DNA of 56,090 nt from an uncultured Mariniphaga sp. (GTDB lineage Bacteria; Bacteroidota; Bacteroidia; Bacteroidales; Prolixibacteraceae): positions 1,815-57,904 of the forward strand of contig CAZXHP010000005.1 of the NCBI GenBank assembly GCA_964639655.1, read 5' to 3'. The translations under genes were made by a program, and so were the position numbers. The notes beneath the pieces are model-generated. The model was not told the origin of the DNA and ran no database searches. It saw only the letters and a program-made list of their open reading frames with translations. Below are positions 9,281 through 18,730 of this stretch, one piece after another (position 1 is the first letter of the stretch; every line of letters starts with the position of its first letter).

Positions 9281-11016
9281 TTTTTTCTTCTTTTAAAAAG
9301 TTTATATACAAAAACAATAACCGGGATACTTAATAACAACACGCTAAACAAAATCAAAATTTTCTGTTGTTCAGAACTGATTACTGCCAGCCAGCCAACG
9401 GCGACTCCCAGAATAGCGAAAGCCCAAACCAGGATTCTGTCCGGCAGTTTAGAGGCAGCTGTCACCGGAACGCCCTCTTCATCTTCTTTGTTCTTTTTTA
9501 TAAACTGAACAAACCTCTGCCATCCGGCATCGATGCCTTTGCTCCGGGCTGCCAATTCCATAATAAGAAGTATGACTACCGGGATAACCAGGCCAATCAG
9601 CGCATCAACCAGTTCAGCATTTGCCTGAATATAAGTTGCAACTGAAGTTCCTCCATGCCACAAATTGACCAAAAGGCCTTTTGCTGAAAAACCTAACTTT
9701 ACAATTAATCCGGCAGCATAAGCAACACTTAGCGAAATCCAAACCGCTTTTTGATTAATGTATTTGGAAAACAGTCCCCACACGGCCGGAATGGCCAGCG
9801 GGCCAATCATCAGGGTAATCAATGTAACGACGACCCGTTCAGCGCCGCCAAGGAAAGGAATTAACAGGGCGAGTCCCACCACGAACGCCCCGAACCCAAA
9901 CGTAAACGTACGGCCCACATATACCAGTTGTTTTTCTGAGGCCTTCGGTTTATAGGTTTTGTAGATGTCGTAAGTAAACACGCCGGCAAAAACATTCAGC
10001 ATCGAATCGACCATACTCATGGTGGAAGAAATCATGGCCGCCATCATCAGCCCCAGCATTCCCGGTGGGAAAACGTGCTGGCTGATGAGAATGTAAGCCT
10101 GCTCCGGATTGGCATCGGGGTTGATAACCCTGTAAACCATACTTGGAAGCATCCAAATCAATGGGGTAACAATATAAAGGACCGCCATCAGGTAGGCTAC
10201 TTTTTTGGCATCTTTTGCCGAGGGAACACTGATGTACCGTTGTACAAACGGCCAGTCGCCGCTCACCTGGAAAAACCAAAGAAAAAACCATAAAATCAGC
10301 CAGATAAATGAGTATTCGCCGCTCACGAGGTTAAAAAATCCTTCGGGCGCCTGTTCGATAAAATTACCCACCCCTCCCACGCTTTTAAAAGAAAACGGGA
10401 CAATGAGGACAATCATCAAAACCAGCAGGATAAATTGAACCACATCGGTCATCAACACAGCCCACAATCCGCCTGCGACGGTATAAACAACGGATGTGAT
10501 TCCAACGATTAAAATAGCCCATGTAACGGACAAATTCCCGGTTTCGGGGTTGGCGAGCATGTGGCCTTCCGGCAGAGGGATCAGGGCAACCATCAGAATG
10601 GAAACGGCATACAAAGCCACGGAAACACTCACCCCGCGCCCTATAATACCGAGCAGTGTATAGAGCGTTACGGTTGTTTTTCCGAAGCGGATTCCAAGAA
10701 ATTCGGCGGGAGATTTAATCCCGATTTCCCGCCATTTTCCTGAAATCCAGAATCCAACCAAAATGAGTGAAAACCCGATTGTGGTTAAGATGGAAACGGC
10801 AACCAATCCTAAACGGTAGGCAATTCCTCCCCAAACAACAAACGTTCCGGCAGAAAATATGGTCATGTAACCCGAAAGGCCCGCCACCCACCACGATGAA
10901 TTTCTCCCGGCGACAAACATATCTTTGGAGTTTTTCATTTTGGTGCTGAAAATGCCGCCAATAACCAGAATGCCGATTAAATAAATGGCAATAAAAATAT
11001 AGTCAACTGATATCAT
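9277..11016 (-). CDS. Sodium:solute symporter (SSS family)
   Basis: 579 aa polytopic membrane protein. Motifs MFVAGRNSSWWVAGLS, YTVAGGLWAVLMTDVVQ, VQRYISV and GLMMAAMISSTMS. Overlaps the downstream gene by 4 nt. Confidence 0.9.
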   Translation of the reverse strand: MISVDYIFIAIYLIGILVIGGIFSTKMKNSKDMFVAGRNSSWWVAGLSGYMTIFSAGTFVVWGGIAYRLGLVAVSILTTIGFSLILVGFWISGKWREIGIKSPAEFLGIRFGKTTVTLYTLLGIIGRGVSVSVALYAVSILMVALIPLPEGHMLANPETGNLSVTWAILIVGITSVVYTVAGGLWAVLMTDVVQFILLVLMIVLIVPFSFKSVGGVGNFIEQAPEGFFNLVSGEYSFIWLILWFFLWFFQVSGDWPFVQRYISVPSAKDAKKVAYLMAVLYIVTPLIWMLPSMVYRVINPDANPEQAYILISQHVFPPGMLGLMMAAMISSTMSMVDSMLNVFAGVFTYDIYKTYKPKASEKQLVYVGRTFTFGFGAFVVGLALLIPFLGGAERVVVTLITLMIGPLAIPAVWGLFSKYINQKAVWISLSVAYAAGLIVKLGFSAKGLLVNLWHGGTSVATYIQANAELVDALIGLVIPVVILLIMELAARSKGIDAGWQRFVQFIKKNKEDEEGVPVTAASKLPDRILVWAFAILGVAVGWLAVISSEQQKILILFSVLLLSIPVIVFVYKLFKRRKK

Positions 11017-11032
11017 GCTATTTTAAAGCTTG

Positions 11033-12157
11033 TTAATATCTAATAACTGAATAAACTTCTATCTCATACAACCGGACTCTGTTTCCATCATAATCCGGTA
11101 CAAAATATCTCACTTTACTTGTTGTAATTTCAGGAAATGTTGTTTCGTATTCCGGCTCTGAGTCTTCAACCTCGACAATGTCTATCCATTCGCCATCAAC
11201 TTCAGCCTGAAAAATAAAATAGGGCGTAGGATGACTTAAATTACCGCTGGCTCCGGTCCATGTTTTGAAACCACTTATCGCAAAATCTTCTTCCAAATCA
11301 ATTTCCAGCCAATGCTCACCGCTTGCAGGACTCACCCACCTGGAGGCGTTGGTTAAGATGATTCCGTCAACAGCTTTATCTCCGGTTAAATCAGCTGAAT
11401 TATTTCCACTTGTCAGCGTTGGTTTGTTAAGCGCAACATTGTTAACCGTTATTATTTCAGCCGAAGAATAATCAGTATAAAATGTATCGATTGCAGTTGA
11501 AACAGGAAGGTACATTGTTCGATAGTTAACCCCTTTCGAAACATCTATTCCAGAAAGGGTTACCGGCGATGAAAGCACAGAGTCCCGGAATATTATTTCA
11601 TGTAAAGCACCATCTTCATCTGTGAATTTAATCTCAATCCCCGCATCATCGTTATTAAAAGCTCCCGAAAAGGCCAATTCCAATGTCCCTTCTCCTCTAT
11701 TATATTGGGAAGAATTTACAACTCTGTTAATTAAAGAAGATTGATATTTTTCGCCGTAAACATTTATTGTTGTTTCAAAAGGAAGTGAATAATTTCCCAA
11801 ATCATCACTGGTTACGGCTTGTAACGTGTAATTTCCTTCTGCTATGGTTTTGGCACTGCCGTTTCCACCAATAACAATTTCGAATGAATCTGTCGGAGCG
11901 GTTCTTTCCAGCTCAAAATGGATGGAATCATCGTCGGGCACCCAGTAGAAATTTACAGATTTGGCCCGTGGGTCGGAAACCCAAAACGTGAACTTAACCC
12001 GTTCGTTACCGGGAAAAACTTTCAGGGAATCGAGTTTGCCGATATAGACTCTTTCTCCGTCCTCCAGATAAACACCATGGATGTCATTCATTTTTGAACA
12101 ACTGAAAATAGCGATTAGACTGATGGTGAGAAATATATATATATGTCTTTTTTTCAT
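11033..12157 (-). CDS. Surface lipoprotein, DUF4998-like with C-terminal F5/8 type C (discoidin/CBM32-like) domain
   Basis: Lipobox IFSC. YLEDGERVYIGKLDSLKVFPGNERV is typical of DUF4998. C-terminal NVALNKP...AVDG...RW...WLEIDL...EIEVY is discoidin-like. Confidence 0.75.
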   Translation of the reverse strand: MKKRHIYIFLTISLIAIFSCSKMNDIHGVYLEDGERVYIGKLDSLKVFPGNERVKFTFWVSDPRAKSVNFYWVPDDDSIHFELERTAPTDSFEIVIGGNGSAKTIAEGNYTLQAVTSDDLGNYSLPFETTINVYGEKYQSSLINRVVNSSQYNRGEGTLELAFSGAFNNDDAGIEIKFTDEDGALHEIIFRDSVLSSPVTLSGIDVSKGVNYRTMYLPVSTAIDTFYTDYSSAEIITVNNVALNKPTLTSGNNSADLTGDKAVDGIILTNASRWVSPASGEHWLEIDLEEDFAISGFKTWTGASGNLSHPTPYFIFQAEVDGEWIDIVEVEDSEPEYETTFPEITTSKVRYFVPDYDGNRVRLYEIEVYSVIRY

Positions 12158-12182
12158 GATTTTATTAATTTGCAGGTTTTAT

Positions 12183-13397
12183 TTATTTTTCAACTTGTCC
12201 GTAAAGTATTGCTCTCGGCGACTGAAACCCCGTTGAATTACTCCACGTGCTTATAATATTAAACCGTAAAAATTGAACGGCAGGTAATCCCAGGGGAAAT
12301 TCAAATTCTTCACCTGCGGCTATAAACTCCATATCTTCCGAAGTTGGCGGGTCGCCTACCGTTCCTCCCGACGGCCTGACCGATTTAAAATGCCCCAGCA
12401 GTGTCCATTCCGGGTCTTCTCTCCATTCCTCCGGCAGCCTGTCATGTTCGGCAGCCGTTGTTGCCGAATTTGTTCCCCATACTTCAAACTCCCTCATGTT
12501 ATGCAAGGTCCATTCATAGCCGGGTCTGTGAAAATGTACAAAACGGGATAAAACTGATTTAACCCCCATATCAATTGTAAACCATGGCATGTATCCGTTA
12601 GGATTACCTGCCCTAATATACATGGAACTCGAAGTGTCATCGAACATTAGCGTAGCATCACGTCCGGCTCCAAATAGTTCGAAATATGGTGGAATTGGAA
12701 GCGCTCGCATATTGTTTAACGGGACCCGCTCTTCGAAATATGGCTTTAAGCTAACTTGTAAAGTGTCTGTGTAATTGTCATAAGTGTCTTTCAGAAAAAC
12801 GGCAACAGTTATGTAAGTGGAATCCAGTCCGCGCACCGAATGGGTACCGTTGATTTGTGCTGAATGAACAATATCCATAAAGTTATAGAACCCGGAGGTT
12901 GAATCTGCCTCCAGTATCTCTACAATGATGTTCTCGTTTAACGGATTATCCCATTCGATAGTAAATCCGCCGAAAGCAGTAAATACTTCCATGCTGTTAA
13001 ATATTTCGTAAATGGGCGAATCTTCAGGTTCAATTTCAACCGTAACAGGTTCTGATTCGTTCAGACTTTTATCCACAGAAATAAGCTGAATTGTAAGTTT
13101 TTGCGATTTTCCAAACCCTTTAATTAACATGGTATTACTAAAAGCAGAAACTTTTTTTTCACCATTTTCTCCGGATGAAACCGGATACTCCGCTTTAACG
13201 TACAATAAATCCTGCTCATCGGGTAAATCATAGGTTAATTTTACAGAACCGGGTAAATTTTCAACCCTGACATTTTTAACTTGTTGGGGAGCAATATTAT
13301 CGGTCGGATATTGAACGTTGATTTTTTCTTCTTCGCAATTGGTCAGAAACAGAATAATCAATCCGAAACAAACGACGTATATTATATTTTTTTTCAT
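12183..13397 (-). CDS. Surface lipoprotein, DUF4959/DUF5126/DUF5000-like
   Basis: Lipobox LTNC. APQQVKNVRVENLPGSVKLTYDLPDEQDLLYVKAEY, FEVWG and WTLLGHF..RPSG fit the family, as does its position after susD. Confidence 0.78.
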   Translation of the reverse strand: MKKNIIYVVCFGLIILFLTNCEEEKINVQYPTDNIAPQQVKNVRVENLPGSVKLTYDLPDEQDLLYVKAEYPVSSGENGEKKVSAFSNTMLIKGFGKSQKLTIQLISVDKSLNESEPVTVEIEPEDSPIYEIFNSMEVFTAFGGFTIEWDNPLNENIIVEILEADSTSGFYNFMDIVHSAQINGTHSVRGLDSTYITVAVFLKDTYDNYTDTLQVSLKPYFEERVPLNNMRALPIPPYFELFGAGRDATLMFDDTSSSMYIRAGNPNGYMPWFTIDMGVKSVLSRFVHFHRPGYEWTLHNMREFEVWGTNSATTAAEHDRLPEEWREDPEWTLLGHFKSVRPSGGTVGDPPTSEDMEFIAAGEEFEFPLGLPAVQFLRFNIISTWSNSTGFQSPRAILYGQVEK

Positions 13398-13434
13398 TAT
13401 AAGAATTTTTACAAATTACCTTTATTACTAAATT

Positions 13435-15354
13435 TTACCAGTAAGGATTCTGCACAAGGTTTGTGTTTTGTCTTAAAGAATGTTGTCTGATTGGCCAAAA
13501 ATAATCTTTTGTTGTAAAAGTTAGTTCGCCAAAAGTAACCAGGTTATAATATTCTTCAGTTGTACTCCCTTGCATATTCCACCCTTTTACAGGTTGGTTC
13601 AATACTTCATCTGCAATTTTCCATCTTCTGATATCCCAGAATCTTTTTCCCTCGAACGCCAGTTCAATTAATCTTTCTTGTTGAATAATTTCCCGTAATC
13701 CGTCCTGGTTTTTAGGCTTCTCGGGAAATCTTGAATGCAGGTTCCAGCTATCCAGCACACCACCTAAGCCTGCGCGTTCCCTTATAAGGTCTAAATAATG
13801 ATAAACCTCGTTATCCGGTCCGGAATATTCATTTCTCGCCTCGGCATATAACAAATAAAGGTCGGCAAGGCGGTAAACCGGATATACTATATTGCTGTAA
13901 GTAATTGAAGAATTTGTTACAGTAGTTTGGTAATGCACCCATTTTCTTGCATAAAGCCCGGTGATGGAATACCTCCAGTCCGAAGCCCTTCCGCTGGGAT
14001 CACCTATTTTGTTTTTTACTACCCAGGAAGTTTCATCTGCATTGCCCTTGTCAACATCTCTGTATCTTCCGTTTCCAAACCAAATGGCTCCGTCGAAAGC
14101 AATTGACGAGTAAAAACGGGGTTCCCGGTATTGATGTAAATTGGCTGTTTCAAATCCCTCCTGTATATAATACTTCTGGTCTGACGAAACTTCCGATGTT
14201 TTATACCGGTTTTCATAATCGTATTCTACATCTTCTGCGATAGGCACTCCGTTTTTGGAATAAAACTGTTCGGCAATATGAATTGAGGGACCTAAGTCAG
14301 GGCGGGCGATAATATACATCGCCTGTTCGTGAGTAAAATAGGGCAATGAATGTCTTTGCAAAGCATTGAAGATGCTATTCGAATAGCCCCAGATTGCTTC
14401 CTCATTCCATTTTTCGGCAAATGCGTTTCTTAGAGTCAAAATACGATGTGTTTCTTCAGAAAGATCATAATACAGGTTGATAAATTCATATAATGCATGG
14501 TTTGCCAGGTGAGCTGTATCGATGGCATTTTTACAAGCATCCATGGCAATTTTCCATTTTTCATGGTCATAACTATTATTGAATAAGTTGACTCCTCTTG
14601 AATCGACAAATCCTGAATAAGTTGAATTTCCATTGAATAACGGACTTGCAGCTGTAACTAAAACATCGGCTTTTACTGTGAGTGCAATAGGTTGGGTAAT
14701 GCGTCCTAAAGATGATATCCGGTCTTGTATTACCAGAGGTAAATCAGGTACGGCCTCGTTAATGAGTTGCACAATATATTGAACAACTTCATCAACGGGT
14801 TCACGAAAAACCTGTACTTCTTCAATTCCTGCATGAATCGGCATATTTTCGCGTATAACCGGAATCGGACCATACATCCGCAATAAATAAAAATGATAGT
14901 AGGCTTTAAGGAATTTAACTTCGGCAATCCACCTGTTTCGTTCAGTTTCATTCAAGTCCTGAACCAAATGAATGTTTTCAAGAAATATGTTACAATCCCT
15001 TATGCCGATAAAAAGATTTGTTCCACCCAATCTTCCATCCCAAAAATTAAGGAGTGGATCATTCACATTTTGTCTGCCCGGCAGTTTCACGTAGTAAGTA
15101 TTTTGATAAACATGCTCGGTTCTGTCGATATCGTGACTCCATATCTCATCGCTGCCCATCATTGCGGGGTCCCGAATATATCCCAAATCGGGTAAATAAG
15201 AATAGCAGGTTGCAAGAAACTTTTCAGCACTTTCTCTGTCGCGGAAAGCATAATCGATTGTTGCCACGTTGTCTGGAACCACATCTAAATAATCAGCACA
15301 TGATATACTGAGGATCATAAAAAATACTATTGATAATAATTTTAATCTTTTCAT
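13435..15354 (-). CDS. susD: RagB/SusD family nutrient-binding lipoprotein
   Basis: SC-ADYLDVVPD lipoprotein start, AEVKFLKAYYHFYLLRMYGPIP, RLADLYLLYAEARNE, ERLIELAFEGKRFWDIRRW and LVQNPYW. Confidence 0.95.
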   Translation of the reverse strand: MKRLKLLSIVFFMILSISCADYLDVVPDNVATIDYAFRDRESAEKFLATCYSYLPDLGYIRDPAMMGSDEIWSHDIDRTEHVYQNTYYVKLPGRQNVNDPLLNFWDGRLGGTNLFIGIRDCNIFLENIHLVQDLNETERNRWIAEVKFLKAYYHFYLLRMYGPIPVIRENMPIHAGIEEVQVFREPVDEVVQYIVQLINEAVPDLPLVIQDRISSLGRITQPIALTVKADVLVTAASPLFNGNSTYSGFVDSRGVNLFNNSYDHEKWKIAMDACKNAIDTAHLANHALYEFINLYYDLSEETHRILTLRNAFAEKWNEEAIWGYSNSIFNALQRHSLPYFTHEQAMYIIARPDLGPSIHIAEQFYSKNGVPIAEDVEYDYENRYKTSEVSSDQKYYIQEGFETANLHQYREPRFYSSIAFDGAIWFGNGRYRDVDKGNADETSWVVKNKIGDPSGRASDWRYSITGLYARKWVHYQTTVTNSSITYSNIVYPVYRLADLYLLYAEARNEYSGPDNEVYHYLDLIRERAGLGGVLDSWNLHSRFPEKPKNQDGLREIIQQERLIELAFEGKRFWDIRRWKIADEVLNQPVKGWNMQGSTTEEYYNLVTFGELTFTTKDYFWPIRQHSLRQNTNLVQNPYW

Positions 15355-15372
15355 TGTTGTTTCGTTTTGTTT

Positions 15373-18300
15373 TTAAAATGAAAGTTGAAGTCCGATATTA
15401 TAAACCTTTTGAATCGGGTATCCCAGCCCATTACCGGCCATTTCAGGATCCCAAAGTTTAAACTTGCTAAAACTCAGTAAATTTGTTCCGCTAACATATA
15501 ATCTCATGTTTTTAACATGTATTCGTTGAATCGTACTTTCAGGAATAGTATATCCCAGCTCAACCGATTTTAGACGTAAAAATGAACCATCGCGCATGAA
15601 CCATGTACTGCGTTGTGTATTGTTTTCAATTACACGGTTTGACAGACGGGGCCAAAGCGCATAAACATCCTGATCTGTTTCAGACCAATGGCTGTCTGCA
15701 TAAACCTTTAAAAGTGCATTTTTTGAAATAACACTACTGGTTCCGTCGTTATCTACAAAAGGATGGGTTGCATTTGCATTAATCCAGAATGATTCGCGGG
15801 CAAGCCCCTGGAAGAAGAATGAGAAATCCAGTTTTTTATTACCTGCCGAAAGACCAAATCCGTAGATTATTTCGGGGGTAGTCGGATATCCGATTGGCAC
15901 CATGTCCAGTGCAGTAATTTCTCCATCATTGTTTATATCCCTGTATTTAATGTCGCCTCCCATGTATTCACCAAAGGTTTGAACCGGGCTGTTTTTAACT
16001 TCAAATTCATCGACAAACAAGCGTTCGGCAATATAACCCCACTGCTGACCGATCGGTTGTCCGACCCTGCTTAACCAGGGAGTATCCGTATTATCGATTT
16101 CGTCATAAACTTCAAATTTTGCCGTTGCGTAAGTAAAATTTGTTCTTCCCGTAATCCACCATCCATTGGAATAGACCTTGTTGTAGTCTATTGAAAAATC
16201 AATTCCCCGGCCTGATGCCTCTCCAACATTGGATTGAGGAGTTGACTGCAACCCCATTGTTGTTGGAATATTGGATCGGTTCATTAAAATGTTTTTTCTG
16301 TTTTCTTTATACAAATCGACCATTAATTCAAAATCATCAAGTAATCCCAATTCAATACCAAGGTTTGTTTTATAGGATGTCTCCCAGGTAATTAAGTCAT
16401 TGGCATACCGTGAAATAGAAACCCCGTTAACAGAATACCCGTAATCTTCCCCGAAGGTATATCCTCTCGATGAATTATTCATATTAACTTCCGACATGTA
16501 GAAAAAGCGGTCTTGCCGGCTGCCTATAGCATCGCTACCTACCAAACCGTAGGTTCCTTTTATTTTTAGTTTCGAGATGATATTTTTTAAGCCACCGCTC
16601 CAAAATTGTTCGTTCGATACAAACCAGGCTCCGCCAATGGATGGGAAAAACCCAAACCTTTCATTTTTTGAAAATCTTTCCGAACCATTGTAGCCGAAAT
16701 TGAATTCAGTAAAATAGCGGTTATCGTAACTGTATGTAAATCTTCCTGAAATTCCCATATTTCGGGAGGGAAGCGACAAAGTAAGGCTTCCTGCATTCGC
16801 TTCGATATAATTACGTAATATCGAGACCAGTAATCCGCTTACTCCGTGCTTTTCATTAATGGTTTTGTCATAATTAATTGCTAATTCCGAGTAAGATGTG
16901 GCTGATATTTGTTTCTGTCCTTCACTGTAACCCAAATATTCAGTCCCGGTATCGGGATTCATTTTAAAAAGGTCGAAGGTGTTGTTTGCCCTGTCGTAGT
17001 TGACTACATTGTAGTAAAACGGATTAAAACTTCTCGAAACATCGAAAAAAGAACTGCGGTTGGTGCTGAATAATCCTCGCAGGTTCAAACCTTCAGTGAT
17101 AAAATCGAGATTTTGTTTTAATTCAAACTGGGCTAAAATTAAAGACTTGGTGTAATTTTTATAGCCTTTAACCATATCGGCATACGGATTAATATAATTT
17201 CCTGTCTCGTAATTTCCAAACATAATATGCTGGACGTGAGTTGTTTCATCGGTTTTAGGATAATAAGCAGGAAACATTGCCGGGTCGCTGCGCATAACTT
17301 TTTGATATAGTTCCGATCCGCCGTCAATCGGTCCTGAATAATCATCGAATGTTCCATGCAACCGAACGACAACTTCGGTAGAAGGGGTTACATTTATATT
17401 CACATTCGATCGTAAAAGGTATTTTTTAAGATCAATATTATTGTTGAAGTTATTTTGTTTATCGACATTAAGAATTCCGTTATCCTGGTTATAGGTTCCC
17501 GCAATATAATATCGTGCAACTTTACCGCCGCCACTCACATTAAAATTTGCTCTTTGGTTAACGGTAAAATCCTTAAATAATAAGTCGTACCAATCGTTGG
17601 CAGGATAAACCAGCGGATTGATGCCACGTTCTGTCATATCTATTTTTTGTCGAGAATAAGGCATAACAGCTAATGGGTCTCGTGTGGAAACAGCTTCGTT
17701 GTTCAATTTCATGTAGGTAACCGGATCGGCCAGATCTACCTTCTGGGTAGGCATTGAAAACGACGTTTCATACCGGAACGAAATTTTCGCCGGACCTTCT
17801 TTTCCTTCTTTTGTTGTTACCAAAATGACACCGTTAGCACCTCTGGCCCCATACAAAGCCGTAGCTGTAGCATCTTTCATAATTGAGAAACTGGCTATAT
17901 CGTCGGGCTGGAGCCGGGCCAAATCAGACGATGACATTTCCACTCCATCGATTAAGATTAGCGGACCTGCCGCATAAGAAAAAGAAGTGACACCACGCAC
18001 GAAAAAACTGGCATCGTCTTCTCCGGGCTCGCCGCTTCTCTGGTAGGAAATAAGTCCGGATACACGACCAGCCAATGCGGTAGTCAAGTTACTCGAAGGG
18101 ATTTTTAGTTCCTCTGTTTTTACGGTACTTATTGACGCAAGTACACTTTCCTTCTTTTGTTTGGCAAATGCCACAACTGTCACTTCATCCAATTCGTCAA
18201 TCTTTTCCCCCATCTCTATATCGATGGTAACCTGGTTGCCCACGTCGATAATCTGGCTCTCCATTCCAATAAACGAAAAAACCAGTTTATCCGAAGGCTG

Positions 18301-18621
18301 AGCTTCAATTGAGTATGTGCCGTCCACATCGGTAATTACTCCCCGGGTTGTTCCTACAATGGTGATGGTTACTCCGGGCAACGGTTTCCCCTCTTCATCA
18401 ACTACTTTTCCTGAAATGGTTCTTTCCTGTTGTGTGGTTGCATTTTGTTTGCCGTCTGTATGCAACACCGGATGATTGTAACTTTTGGAAGCAAAACCGG
18501 CTAATGTTGTAATGCATAAAAAGCAAATTGTAATTCCTGTTTTTTTTAGTTTTTTTTGAATCCATGCCATACAGCCATGGAAAAAGAATACATTATTCAT
18601 AAATTCATTTTTTTGATTCAT
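15373..18621 (-). CDS. susC: SusC/RagA TonB-dependent transporter (alternative start 18600)
   Basis: Carboxypeptidase-regulatory-like N-domain (ISGKVVDEEGKPLPGV), KDATATALYGARGANGVILVTTK, YNGSERF, GDIKYRDINNDG and a C-terminal F. No STN signalling domain evident. Confidence 0.96.
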   Translation of the reverse strand: MNQKNEFMNNVFFFHGCMAWIQKKLKKTGITICFLCITTLAGFASKSYNHPVLHTDGKQNATTQQERTISGKVVDEEGKPLPGVTITIVGTTRGVITDVDGTYSIEAQPSDKLVFSFIGMESQIIDVGNQVTIDIEMGEKIDELDEVTVVAFAKQKKESVLASISTVKTEELKIPSSNLTTALAGRVSGLISYQRSGEPGEDDASFFVRGVTSFSYAAGPLILIDGVEMSSSDLARLQPDDIASFSIMKDATATALYGARGANGVILVTTKEGKEGPAKISFRYETSFSMPTQKVDLADPVTYMKLNNEAVSTRDPLAVMPYSRQKIDMTERGINPLVYPANDWYDLLFKDFTVNQRANFNVSGGGKVARYYIAGTYNQDNGILNVDKQNNFNNNIDLKKYLLRSNVNINVTPSTEVVVRLHGTFDDYSGPIDGGSELYQKVMRSDPAMFPAYYPKTDETTHVQHIMFGNYETGNYINPYADMVKGYKNYTKSLILAQFELKQNLDFITEGLNLRGLFSTNRSSFFDVSRSFNPFYYNVVNYDRANNTFDLFKMNPDTGTEYLGYSEGQKQISATSYSELAINYDKTINEKHGVSGLLVSILRNYIEANAGSLTLSLPSRNMGISGRFTYSYDNRYFTEFNFGYNGSERFSKNERFGFFPSIGGAWFVSNEQFWSGGLKNIISKLKIKGTYGLVGSDAIGSRQDRFFYMSEVNMNNSSRGYTFGEDYGYSVNGVSISRYANDLITWETSYKTNLGIELGLLDDFELMVDLYKENRKNILMNRSNIPTTMGLQSTPQSNVGEASGRGIDFSIDYNKVYSNGWWITGRTNFTYATAKFEVYDEIDNTDTPWLSRVGQPIGQQWGYIAERLFVDEFEVKNSPVQTFGEYMGGDIKYRDINNDGEITALDMVPIGYPTTPEIIYGFGLSAGNKKLDFSFFFQGLARESFWINANATHPFVDNDGTSSVISKNALLKVYADSHWSETDQDVYALWPRLSNRVIENNTQRSTWFMRDGSFLRLKSVELGYTIPESTIQRIHVKNMRLYVSGTNLLSFSKFKLWDPEMAGNGLGYPIQKVYNIGLQLSF

Positions 18622-18680
18622 AAATTTGATTTTAACAAATACTGTTGTGGGAAAATATTTTCGGGATTACCCCTTTTTTT
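18621..18680 (+). ncRNA. Candidate short antisense RNA opposite the susC leader (-7 element through hairpin and T-tract)
   Basis: Plus-strand TAAATTTG (18621-18628) overlaps the susC start codon. It is followed by GAAAATATTTTC and GGGATTACCCC hairpin-forming segments and T7 (18674-18680). Confidence 0.4.
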
Positions 18681-18730
18681 AATTTGAATTTTAAGCGCTG
18701 CAAATAGTATTATTTTAGATTCATTAAATT

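Noticed and set aside
15357..15368. Reverse-complement copy of AAAACGAAACAA between susC and susD
   Set aside because: It sits in an 18-nt gap that serves as the A-rich translation-initiation region of susD, with no promoter nearby. Probably coincidental.
18540..18557. Two 8-nt homopolymer runs in the susC leader as a phase-variation site
   Set aside because: A/T runs of this length are frequent throughout this AT-rich window and the frame is intact.
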